A stretch of DNA of 58,288 nucleotides, filler included, from Sphacelaria rigidula (taxonomy: Eukaryota), in NCBI GenBank assembly GCA_964200075.2. It is 8 parts of 8 records of this genome, joined end to end, with 100 filler letters (N's around TTAATTAATTAA, not from the genome) between each part and the next. Parts side by side here need not be neighbours in the genome. Positions count along the whole stretch, not along the records: positions 43,793 to 50,990 come from CAXNAA020016005.1; positions 51,091 to 58,288 come from CAXNAA020016006.1; 6 more parts are not named here. One strand, written 5' to 3'. The position numbers and the translations under genes were made by a program. Positions 47,573-58,288 of this stretch are shown in pieces. How positions within the stretch are numbered: position 1 is the stretch's first letter; each line of letters begins with the position of its first letter. The notes under the pieces were generated by a model. It had not been told where the DNA came from. It ran no database searches and saw only the letters and a program-made list of their open reading frames with translations.

Positions 47573-49259
47573 ACTCGCAAAATTGAGGCAAGACGGGATC
47601 TGCAAACCACAAATGCACGTCTAGGCCGGCCCAGCTCGCACAGTTTCTACGTTTTTTTCCACTTTTTATTCATTTCTTTTATTTTTCTCCACTTTATTTC
47701 CGTTTCCGATCACGAGCTGGATTGCTGCAATCAGCTACGTAATGCGCGAGATAATAATCTCGTTGTTGTGCTGTTTGTGTTCGTTCGTGTTTGCGTTCGT
47801 GTTTGTGTGTGTGTTATTGTCATTGATGTTGTCGCTGTTTCCTCTCTTTTTTCTTCTATGTGGCTGTTACTCCTTATGTCCTTTTCTGTTTCTTTCTTTC
47901 TTTCTTTTCCCCTTCTTTTTTGCTCCTTCTGACCATGCTTCTGACCATGGGCTGGATTGTTGCAGTCAGCTAATGTGAGATAATAATCAATGAAAACAAA
48001 AGTAGAGTTAACGGTGCACTGTATGATGACGCTGTTCCGCAATTGACAGAACAGTACCGTAGTATTCCTTCTCGGAAGCCAAACAAAGGATAACCAGAAG
48101 ATACTGCATGAAGGGATGGCGTGCATCTCAGTTCCCCATCCTCCCACCCACGTTATTGTTCATAAACTTGCACGAAGATTATGCACACATGTGAGTCGTT
48201 ACAAGTCTTTCTATTTTGTGTACCTTGGGTACTATGCGTCTACAGTATCTTGTGACCAGGGCTGAATTCCTGGGGGACCACTTATTGTGCGACAATCGAT
48301 CAATCTGTCAAATGGCCGAACACAGCGACCGACCACCGTGAAGGCGACTGCACCAGATCTGCACTGTGCAAAGATGATCTAAATCATGGCTTCGTGGGAT
48401 TGAGAGAAGAGGATGCAATTGAGAGTGAGAAGCGGTGAAGTAGTGAATTAATCGTTTCAATTCCGAAATGCCCCTCCAAGAGACCCGATTGCTTTCTGTA
48501 GTCGCTAGCCACTGAAGCCCCCAATATCCTTCAGTAGAGTACCGGTGTGTAGCTGTAAGCACACGCCAGTGATACATGCAGGCAAAGAAGAGCACCCACG
48601 GAATGAAACATTGGCCAAGTTAGAGCAAATGATGCAATTCACTCTCAATCAGCGCTCTACTCTCAATCTCACGAGAACGTTGCTTCTAGTGCACAGAGGT
48701 ACTCGCTGGATGAACTGATTGTTCCCCAGCTCTTCTGTGGGGCCGGTTGGGAATGGTGTTCATGCAACTCTGCAACACAGTGGATCCCTTATTTTATGCA
48801 ACTACACTACTCATGAATCATGAATCGTTTCCGACTTGCGGTACGGTCAACTCCGCCGCTCAGTTGATATCTCCTCTTTTGTAACTACATCAGTCCGACT
48901 TTTCTGACTTGGGGCGCCGTTAAGTCTTCTCGATACCTTAGTGAAGCTTACATCTTGATTCTAAGCCCACTGACAGGAAGACACGCCTTCAATACTTCAG
49001 CCTACGTCGGTAATGAGGCTTGCCTAACAGAGAGTTTCGTGCAAAGCTTTTTTGTCATTTCAGAGTGCAAATACCTCAGGGCCAACGTGTAGAAAAAACA
49101 AAACACCTCATCGAAAAAACGTTCGCGAAATACCACATTTGTCGAAGTGGGAAATGATTTTTCGTTACGCTTTGATCCTGAGATATTTGCACTCTCAAAT
49201 GACGAAAAATCGTTTTCCGAAACTCTCTAATATATATCTGACCGTACCTAGACGCTGTC

Positions 49260-50990
49260 CTGAAGAAGGCGCTGAGGGTAACGGACAAAGCGTTCGAGCG
49301 GGTGAAGGATGCTGAGCTGCAGAACTTCGTTCACGGGTTCACAGTCCGGAACGCTGAGTTTGTTCGCAAAAAGGATAAAGCAGGACTATACCAGCATATC
49401 AAGGCCTTGGAACTGGAGGGAAAGAAGTAGAGCGACTCAACTTACATCAGGAGCGCGACGGGCGAGCTCTTGCGGGACAAGCAAGATATCCTTCAACGGT
49501 GGAAAGAATGGTTCGAAACACTGCTGAACGCAACCTCACCTACGATAGACCACTCTGCCATCAATCTCATCGAACAGCTGCCGGAACACACACCGCTCGC
49601 GGCGGAGCCCTCATTGGCAGAAGTGAAGGAAGCGGTGGGCAAACCGGCGAACGGCAGGGCCGCTGGGACGGACAACATCTGTGGCGACCTGTTGAAGCTC
49701 GGCCGCACCGGAAACTCTGCCATCCTGAAGTGCCCCCACGATACTGTGCTTAGACCCACTTTTATGGCAACGAGTCCCGATTTTTACAAATATGAAGATT
49801 TCAGCCCATCTACAGGCGATTTTCTCCCGTGGATTGATTTTTCGGACCCCAGTCCAATGGACAATGTTTTTCGGCTAGCTATGAGCAAACCAGACCATTT
49901 CTCCGATTCCATGGACGTTGACTTTTGGTTTATCACATTTCTGCCCAAATTGGGACACTCCCGCATCTCCCTCGATTTTTTTTTAAAATCGGGGGAGATG
50001 CGGGGGAGATGCGGGAGTGTCCCGATTTCAGCAGAACGGTGATATATCAAAAGTCAACGCCCATAGAATCGGAGAATTGATCTGGTTTGCTCACAGCTAG
50101 CCGAAAAATATTGCCCAACGGACTGGGGTGCGAAAAATCAATCCACGGGAGAAAATCGCCTGTAGACGGGCTGAAACCCTCCTATTTGTAAAATCGGGAT
50201 TCGTTGCCATAAAGGTGGGTCTTATCGTGTGGCATCAGGAAGTTATACCGCAAGAGTGGAAAGACACCATAATCAAGGTGCTCTGCAAGAAGCAGGATCC
50301 GTACGAATGCGGCAACTACCGCGGTATTTCTCTCAGGTCCCACGCGGGCAAGGTGGTGCTCAAGATAGATACGACTCGCCTCAGCACCAACTGCGAGTGG
50401 AAGGGAATTCTCCCAGAAGCGCAATGCGGTTTCCGACCTGGCCGTTCCACAGTCGACATGATGTTCATTAATTGTACGCAGACTTCAAGAACTGGCCCGA
50501 GAGAAAAATCTTCCTCTGTACATGTGCTTCATCGATCTCCAAGAAGCGTACGACTCAGTGGACCGCTCTCTTCTCTGGAAAGCTCTAGCGCGCTACTGTA
50601 TACCCACCAAGGTGATTTCCATCATCCGCCAATTCCATAACGGCATCCGAGTATGCGTACGCCTGGACACCGGCTAGACATCTGAGTGGTTTGACGTCAA
50701 TCAGGGCCTCCTCCAAGGCTGTGTACTTTCCCCCGGTCTGTTCAACATCTTTTTCGCGGCGGTGATGTCGTTCGACCGCTTCTCGATCAATAAAGCGGTG
50801 GCGCAGGATTTCATCCGAATCGCTGCGAGGGGCGGGAAAACCAGGGACGGGCTCAGCAACGTGCTCTGGGCCATGCTATATGCCGACGACGCTGGAATCG
50901 CCTCCCGGTCTCGAGAGAGCCTGGCAAAGATGATGACGACCATCGTCGAGGTCTGTGCGGCATTCGGCCTCGACGATGGTCGTCATCATC
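49260..50990 (+). pseudogene. RTE-clade LINE ORF2 (RT region), decayed, interrupted by a MITE and cut by the contig end
   Basis: GELLRDKQDILQRWKEWFETLLN, GRAAGTD, IPQEWKD, NYRGISL, QCGFRPGRSTVD, FIDLQEAYDSVDR, QGCVLSPGLFNIF, LYADD. Confidence 0.95.
49753..50221. mobile_element. PIF/Harbinger-type MITE (469 bp, ~185-bp TIRs, TTA TSD) inserted in the LINE
   Basis: gtgcTTA|gacccacttttatggcaacga...tcgttgccataaaggtgggtc|TTAtcgtg. Removing the element and one TTA restores the LINE reading HDTVL-IVWHQE. Confidence 0.92.
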
Positions 50991-51834
50991 NNNNNNNNNN
51001 NNNNNNNNNNNNNNNNNNNNNNNNNNNNNNNNNNTTAATTAATTAANNNNNNNNNNNNNNNNNNNNNNNNNNNNNNNNNNNNNNNNNNNNAGGCGCGCAG
51101 TGTCTGAGATGGCACGCAGACGAGACCTTCAGCGCGCCAAGGCGTCGCGTTTGTAGAAAACGTCAAAGTCTCGGCTGAGATTATTGTACTCTGAAGGCGA
51201 GTGAACCGGTTCTCGACAGAGAAACGCGATTTCACTGCTGAATTTGAACTTGTTTTCCATGAAATCTTGACACGGTATACATGGGGTATATGTGAAGCCC
51301 CTACCGTTCGCTCCTCTACTTTTTTTTCCTCGTATGTTTTTGGTGATCTAGATTTCGGAACAGTTTTTTTTCTGGCACAAAAGCGTCGACAACTCAATAG
51401 AATAAATAATAAATGTCAAGGAGGTACAATAGGGAATTCAAAACATACCTCATGCGCATCGTGTCGAAATTTCGTGAAAAAATGCTTGAAATTCCACACC
51501 GTAATCACGTGTAATTTTTTCGTGGCTGGTCCATCTCCACACGTGTAGCGTTCAGTATGAAAGCGGTGTTTGCGGAGGCGTGTGCGAATTCTGACAATGT
51601 GGGACGTACGTACAGAAAAACGGTACGTTGTCTGCCCTTGTTTCTCAGCTGCAGTGCCGCTGCCAGTAGAAAAGTTCGCCATCGCAGCTAGGTTGCCGCA
51701 CACACGAGTACAGATACTATCATCAGCAACGAGTAGCCTTCATCTAGCAGCGGCCTACTGGAATAAGCAGCACAAGTAGGGAGAAGCAGGCAAGAACTAG
51801 CGCGCTTCGCAGAGGATCGATCGACTTTTACATC

Positions 51835-53173
51835 ATGTCTGGCATAGGCGGGGGCGCGGCTCAAGCAGGCGGAGATGAAAATCTGGCACCACACAGAGAC
51901 GGCATGGCTGGGGTGGGGGCCGGGGGACCTCCCGTAGACGGCAGCGGGAGCCAAGCACACCAAGGCGGCGAGGTGGTGGAAGCGCATAATAAGCCACACG
52001 CGGCAGCAGCAGCGGCAGACGACCAACCCCAGGGCGTACTGCAAGCGCCCGTCATGTCGCAGCAGGTGTTTCAGGAGCACATGCTGGCCGCAACGGCCCA
52101 GTTGACCAACCGCCTGCAGGCTGTCGAGAATAACCAGCAGCCGCAGCCGTTACAACTCCCGCAGGCACCCCCACAGCAACCACCGCTACAGGTCGGGAAC
52201 GGGTGGCAACAATCACCACAACCGCAGGTTTCAGGAGCTGGCGTGCAAGCGGCTGCACAACGGACCGCAGCTGAACAGGCGAGTATAAAGGCAAATGCAA
52301 AACGTGCCGTCGACTCGTGGCGGGCCACCACTGGGCCCATGTTTTTCCTCTTGAGGGGGGACTTTGATGTGAGTGAAGATCTCACCTTCCACCTACAACA
52401 ACTCACGCTCAAGAAGGTGGCTCACGTTACGCACGCGTCCGTCAACCAGCTGCAAACCCTGGCCAATTTCAAGACAATGAACTTGAAAAAAACGATGCCA
52501 CCAGGCTCGACCCCCATGGATATGCCGGCTGATGTGCATTTTCACACGTTTGTCGCGTCTCTGTTCACGGTTTTGCTCACCCCCATTGAGCACGCTCCCG
52601 AGTTATGAAAGACACACACGCGCGCCCTTCAGTCGGAGGTCGAATCAGTAGCGAACCAAGTAAGGGAGTATACAGATTATCACTACACATCATTGTACCC
52701 ACATAGAACGACGGTTCGCGCCACGCTTTCAACAGCCATGGACACCGGCATAGAGGAGTTATTTCACCGGGTGGCACTTCAGGCACAACAGCTCCGGAGG
52801 ACATACCCGGCCGTCGTTTCGCCGTCGATGACGGGGGAGCCGGTAGCAGCGCCGGCTTTTATAAAACTAAGAGCTCTCGTCACCGAGGACGGGCCCAACT
52901 GCGTCGTCAAGAAGTTCGCATTCTGGGCGGTCGGTGAGGCAAAACCTAACAAGAAGAGAAAAGCAACGTCGCAAGCAGGTCCCGCAGCTCCCCCTTCTTC
53001 TTCGAGCAACATCACGCCGGCGGGACCCCCGTCGACCTTCCTGCAGAGAAAAAGTACAGTGGCAGACTCCGAAGGATGCTTGCGTTCACCATTGGCAAAA
53101 CCAACCGTGCACACGAAATAACTGCCGGTTCTCACACGATATCGTGTCCCCACTGGCATCCGGGCAAGCGTAG
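51835..53173 (+). pseudogene. Gag-like ORF1 of the YR retrotransposon (broken), with Q/P-rich region and C-terminal CCCH zinc finger
   Basis: ORF pieces 51835-52608 and 52693-53121; CVHHWQNQPCTRNNCRFSH at 53081-53137 lies in a shifted frame. Confidence 0.7.
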
Positions 53174-53836
53174 GCTACGCCGACGCCGAAAGCGCCGGCG
53201 CCGGCCCAAACACCGCCCCCGCCCCCGCCCCCGCAGCCTCCGGCAACCCCGGCACAACATACACTACCCCAGGTGCAACAACTGCCTGCTCACCAGCACC
53301 AGCAATCGGCGCCCGCACCAGCACCAGTAGCACGTTACTCATACAGCTACGGAGGGCGCGGCGGGGGAAGGGGGGGTAGCGCCGCCGGCGGGAGAGGAAA
53401 CGGGAGCGGATGAGGGCGCGGGCTCTGCCCACCGGCAGGGCCGACATTGACAGGAAAAGCGGGTAGCGACGTGAACACGGTGTTCGCGGACGCCTCTAGG
53501 TCCGTGGGGCTTATCGGGGCACCTTCACCTGGGTCGGTTCCAGCGACCGTGTTTCATGGTGAGAGACGTAAAGAGCAGACAGAGGTCGCGGTGCCTTGCG
53601 GCCGGGGTTGTGAACACACGGGGAATCAGGGCTACGAAGGAAACGGGGTATCAGTGTGCCCTCGGCAGTTTGTGACGTCAGTTAACTCAGGACATGATCG
53701 CGTAACCCACCAGATAGCGAAAACTCACTCAGTTTCGCTCTCACAGGCGGTCGGCGTAGGGCCGCCGACAACAGTAAACCCCGGCACATTAAACAGGCCT
53801 CGCCAGTTTTGCATGTAGCGGGGACCAGTTACACCA

Positions 53837-54290
53837 TGGTCCAGTTACCCCTTCAGTGACCGTGGGGCCAGTTACCCCTTTAGTGACCATGGGGCCAGTT
53901 ACCCCTTCAGTCACCGTGGGGCCAGTTACCTCTTGAGCGATCATGGGGCCAGTTACCCCTTAAGTGACCGTGTGGCCAGTTACCCCTTAAGTGATCATGG
54001 GGCTAGTTACCCCTTCACTGACCGTTGGGCCAGTTATCCCTTCACTGACCGTGGGGCCAGTTACCCCTTCACTGACCGTGGGGCCAGTTACCCCCGTAGT
54101 GACCGTGGGGACAGTTACCCCATTACTGACTATGGGGCCAGTTACCCCAGCCGTTACCATGAGGCCAGTTACCCCTCCAGTGAACACGAGGACAGTTACT
54201 CCACCAGTGATCGTAGGATCAGTTACCACCTCAGTGAACACAGGGCCAGTAACCCTTTCGGCGAACCAGGGGCCAGTTACCCCGCTAGTA
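53837..54290 (+). repeat. 27-bp tandem array (~17 units, consensus GGGGCCAGTTACCCCTTCAGTGACCGT)
   Basis: CCAGTTAC recurs every 27 nt from 53841 to ~54273 and encodes (GASYPxxDR/H)n in the Pol frame. Confidence 0.97.
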
Positions 54291-56588
54291 ATTCCTCAAC
54301 GGATCAAGGAGCCAGTAGTTCCGCGTCCGGTGTAGGACCGAAAACAGGCGTGTCATTTGTTGGTTCTCAGTTTATCGGGTCGGCGGCGGTGCCGCCTCCT
54401 AACGGTGGAGATGAGTCGGGACAGTTTGACGCTGAACTAGTAGCACTGTGGTACTCAGAAAAAGGAGAGTTGGAAAAATCAGGTATCACGGCCAAGAAAA
54501 AGGAAGACATACTGTACAGACTCGCAAATATCTGCACGCGCATCACAGAACAACACGGTGGACGCCTTGAGGATGTCGCGAGGTCTATCGGGGAACAGCT
54601 AGTCACGCCGCCGGTAGACCCGCACGAGATCAGGAAGTATTTCGGGGAGATACAGGGTTTGCCGCAGACAGACGAACTCGTTACCATTGTATCCACAGGC
54701 GTTCCCGTCGGCGCGACAGTCACTGCAGCCCCCACGCGAGAGAACCTCGACTGCGTACTACAGTATGGCAACCACAGTAGCGCCCACGATCAATGACAAA
54801 AAAAATGGGGAAAACTGGGAGACGATGCACGCAGGGGAAATGTCTGCTAGTCGAAAAGTCGGCCGCCCGAAAAATCCCGAACCTGCGGTTGTCCCCCCTG
54901 GGAGCAGTAGCCACACACGAAGTCCGCATAATCAACGATTTGTCTTAAAACGCGCAACGCACGCGGAAAAGAAAAGGAGGGTTGAACGGCGACACAAACC
55001 CTGAGGACGTGCCGGCCCGTTTATGCGGAGAAGCGCTACAGAAGTTCCTCAAAGAGCTCATTTCGTTGCGAAAAAATACCCCAAAATACGCATACTAATG
55101 GCAAAGCAGATGTATCGGATGCGTTCCGTAATGTGAGGGTAGATCCAGACCACGCCCCTCAATTCGGCTACGTTGTGGACAACCTGGTGGTGTGTGACTT
55201 CCGGGTCACGTTCGGCTGGTCAGGCTCGCCAGGTTTCTGGGGAGTATTGGCATCGGCGGCAGAACACGCCCACTGCAACACGAACATTGACAACGCGGTT
55301 TTATTGCCAGGAGGCAAGGAGATGACAGCTCACGTAAAGATAGTCGATAGGTAGGAAACGGGGGACCCCACACCAATTCCAAAAGATTCTACGACCACCC
55401 CACACCCAGCAGGAGGCTTACATGAAAATTTCTTCACGTCAGTGTACGTAGACGACTACCTGCAGATTCGCGTACAGCACTTCGATGACGACACGAGCGC
55501 TTTGATCGCGTCCGCGTCGCTCGCATCCGACCACGTCAGACTCTTCGGCAACGGAGAAGAAGGCGAGACACCAGTTCTAGCCCCCCAAAAGAGTACAGAT
55601 TGGGATACCGAGGTAGAGGCGTTGGGCCTTACCATTAACTCGCATACTATGCAGGTTTCCGTATCCCGCGAGAAGGTTGAGGCGCTCCGACAGACGTTGC
55701 TAACCTAGTGGCCCCTCGCTCGACGCTCAGCGACTGCTAGAGAAATATTGAGCGTGGCAGGAAAGCTGTGGAACCTCACATACGCAATGCGACCAGGGAA
55801 GTATTTTGTATGGAGGACTCTGCGACTTACGGGGCTACACGATTCTAGAGCGAGAGACAACCAGAGCCGCATAGTAGAGGTAGTAAAAGAATTTCACGCC
55901 GACTTGAATTTTTGGAAGTGGGCGATCGAGGGAAAACTCCTGCAGTATGGTGACTCTCTGAGTGCACCCTGCTACTCCATAGTAAAGCGACCTGCCCACC
56001 GACACTACCTCTCGGACGCAAGATTCGATGCCGTAGGCGGCTACTGCCCAGAGAAAAGAACGTACAGGAGATACGACTCACCACCGGAAATTACCGCAGA
56101 ACTCAAAAGAAAAGCTCAACTTCGCGAAACATGCACGATCACCATTGACCTCTTGGAACTCCTTGGGATGGTGGTCACCGCTTGGGTCATGCTCGAATTG
56201 GTGAACGACAAATCCGAAAAATCAGGGCGACCCAGTCTTAATGCGCGGGGACAACGTAGCGGCAGTCACGTGGGTCAACCGGTGCGGGGGTGCAAAAGAT
56301 AAACGCTCGTTACTCATGAGAACCCTCGAGAGGCTGGAAATCACGGGGGGGTGGAGCCCGAGGCAAAACACATTTAAGGGATTCAAAACGTACGAGCGGA
56401 TGGATTTTCACGCTGGCTACGGGCGGAGCTAGACAAACGAGTAAGGGAGCACACCAACGACAGTAACTGGTCAGAACAAGCCATCGGTCCCCGGGGAAAG
56501 AGCATCTTCCACACCATCCTAAAAAAGAAAAATATCACCGTCCGACACGACAAAACACTGTGGTCGCGCATGATGGAACCCAGTTGAC
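53933..56588 (+). pseudogene. RT-RNase H (Pol) of the YR retrotransposon, with frameshifts and stops
   Basis: YGNHSSA; LSPLGAV..VRIINDLS; DVSDAFRNVRV; FGWSGSPGFW; YVDD (55445-55456); RNase H YLSDA, LLELLG, RGDNVAAVTW. Confidence 0.92.
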
Positions 56589-56819
56589 GATGTAATACTC
56601 GAATAACGAAACTAAAGTACCATAATCGAAAACATCCACAAACCAGGTGTGAATATATATATAAAGTGTACTCCGTCACATCCAGTACATGAAAAAATGA
56701 CTGCCACCCCGCATACGACAGAAACGGTCATGGGGTCACTGGATAAGACATCATGCCACCCTCCAACCTCACCCCCCCCCCCCCCCCCCCCCCCCCAGCG
56801 GGAAAACGGCAAACCCGGG

Positions 56820-57883
56820 GGCGAAAGCGGGAGGAAGTAGCGCGTTTAGTTCAAGCGCTGGTGCTGGGGGGCGTTGGGGGGTAGCACCTACAAGACGTAC
56901 AAAGCGCGTGTTGAAGCGTGGGAAAAGGTGCGCTATGCACAGGGAAAATCACCCTGGATGACGGAAAACGATGAAACGGACGACGTGATCAATGCACTGA
57001 CCGAGTTCATGGCTATGGGATGTTTCGTACACAACCACCAACAATCCACCCTAAGAGGTTACCTCGCCGCTTTCAAGTATTCTGATAAAGTGTATGTCGG
57101 ATGGGACTTACCTACAACGCACGGCAGGATTAGGGCTGTAGGAAAAGGCATAGAGCTCATGCATCGATTCAAGTAAAACCGCACGTGAGGCGACCGTTGA
57201 CTTGGGCATTGCTCAAACAAGGGCGACAGACAATAACCGAGGATCCAGGTGGGGGTCATGTCATGTGGCTTGGTCTCGCGCTCTCGTATTTTTTGCTGTG
57301 CAGGGCATCTGAGTTGTGGGCGTACCCCGACGGTACCGTCCATCCAAAAGTCTGCTTGACCCGCAATTGCATCAGTTTTTTCCGGGAAGACGTAGAGTTA
57401 GATTTCGCGAACCGCGCGTTTGCGAACCAGGTGAAGATTCACTTCGTTGCCTCCAAATCCGATAAAAAAAGGACAGGTTGCATCATTACGAGAACGAGGA
57501 TTGTTGATTCGGTGCGATCGGGAGGAGTACCGGCGGGCGCGTTCGAGGCGCTGTTGGACTTGCTGGACGTGCACCCACAACTGCCAGGCCACGCACCTCT
57601 GACCACGAGAGCCACGCCGACGGGATGGAAGGCTTTTACTCGGATTGAAGCAGCAACCGCATTAAGAACCATGGTCAGCCGTGCTGGCAGAGACCCGTCC
57701 GAAAACGCTTTATACTCAGGCAGGATTGGTGTGGCCACGCAACTAGCGGCTCGAGGAATCTCCGAACTACAGATTCAACGAGCAGGACGGTGGAAGTCGA
57801 GGGCGTTTATGGTTCATATCAGGGAGGCGGGGGAGGGCGCAGAGGGTGTCTCCGTCGCGCTGGGGGAACAGCGAGTAGGGTAG
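56820..57883 (+). pseudogene. Tyrosine recombinase of the YR retrotransposon (frameshift near 57176)
   Basis: N-terminal STYKTY..W..STLRGYLAA; catalytic-domain motifs FLLCRASE, SKSD, (Y)SGRIGVAT, GRWKS. Confidence 0.93.
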
Positions 57884-58288
57884 CCAGATGCTCAAGGTTA
57901 GGGCCTAACAAGATACTCGACTGTCAATCAGACTCGCCTACTGGGGGAGAGGTGGATAGCCCCGCAGGGGATAGTAATAACACAATCGTCAGCGTCGATT
58001 TTCGGGTCAGCCTGACTGGTAGTATGTGGTGGTTGATGAGTTGATGGGGACAGAAATGCACCGAGGGCATACGGCATTGAGTTCGATTTGTTTTGGTTGC
58101 AGATATTCTAATTTGTGGTAATTCTAGTGGGACACTCAGTCTTACGCCCAAAAAAAAAAAAGTCACATGCCAAGATTCCCGGATACAAAAATCATACGTA
58201 TCTCATGTATCTTTCGACGGTTCAACAGGGTTTAGTACTTTATTTTCAGTACAAATCAAGGGTTATTTTTGTTGTGGTTTTCTCCGCC

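Larger units (their letters stand above)
51835..57883 (+). mobile_element. Ngaro/DIRS-type tyrosine-recombinase retrotransposon, decayed
   Basis: Gag-like ORF1, then RT-RNase H, then tyrosine recombinase, all on the + strand. ORF1 ends in a CCCH finger and no methyltransferase domain is visible, which favours Ngaro. Confidence 0.93.

Noticed and set aside
53837..54290. CRISPR-like array next to an RT
   Set aside because: The units are contiguous 27-mers with related variable parts and no unique spacers. No cas genes are present, and the array lies inside a eukaryotic retrotransposon ORF.
51091..58288. Split direct repeats or ITRs delimiting the Ngaro element
   Set aside because: I could not find matching repeats between 51091-51834 and 57884-58288 by eye, so the termini remain undefined.

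Overview
Eukaryotic, transposon-rich DNA, most likely from a brown alga (Phaeophyceae). This is inferred from an EsV-1-7-repeat gene, short exons in kb-long introns, and the Ngaro/RTE/Copia complement. The window is not one locus. It consists of eight contigs of 7199, 7199, 7199, 7199, 7198, 7198, 7198 and 7198 bp, joined by identical 100-bp N44-TTAATTAATTAA-N44 linkers, i.e. a length-sorted concatenation, so adjacency across gaps means nothing. Recognisable content: (contig 1) four phase-compatible internal exons of a tripeptidyl-peptidase II (TPP2) gene that the ORF track does not assemble; (contig 3) a decayed Ty1/Copia element with a 5' LTR and a tRNA-Ile-half-type primer-binding site; (contig 4) a second Copia RT fragment; (contig 6) an apparently intronless EsV-1-7 Cys-rich repeat gene; (contig 7) an RTE-clade LINE interrupted by a TTA-flanked long-TIR MITE; (contig 8) a decayed Ngaro/DIRS-type tyrosine-recombinase retrotransposon with a ~17x27-bp tandem array in front of its RT. 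Also present are tRNA-derived SINEs, many foldback/MITE inverted repeats, LINE 3' tails and microsatellites. The most unusual signals are a family of C-tract-tailed non-LTR 3' ends with a covarying stem-loop, the coding tandem array in the Ngaro Pol frame, and a MITE enclosing telomere-type repeats. I found no CRISPR array, rRNA or bona fide tRNA gene. All homology calls are by eye and from memory of family motifs; no searches were run.
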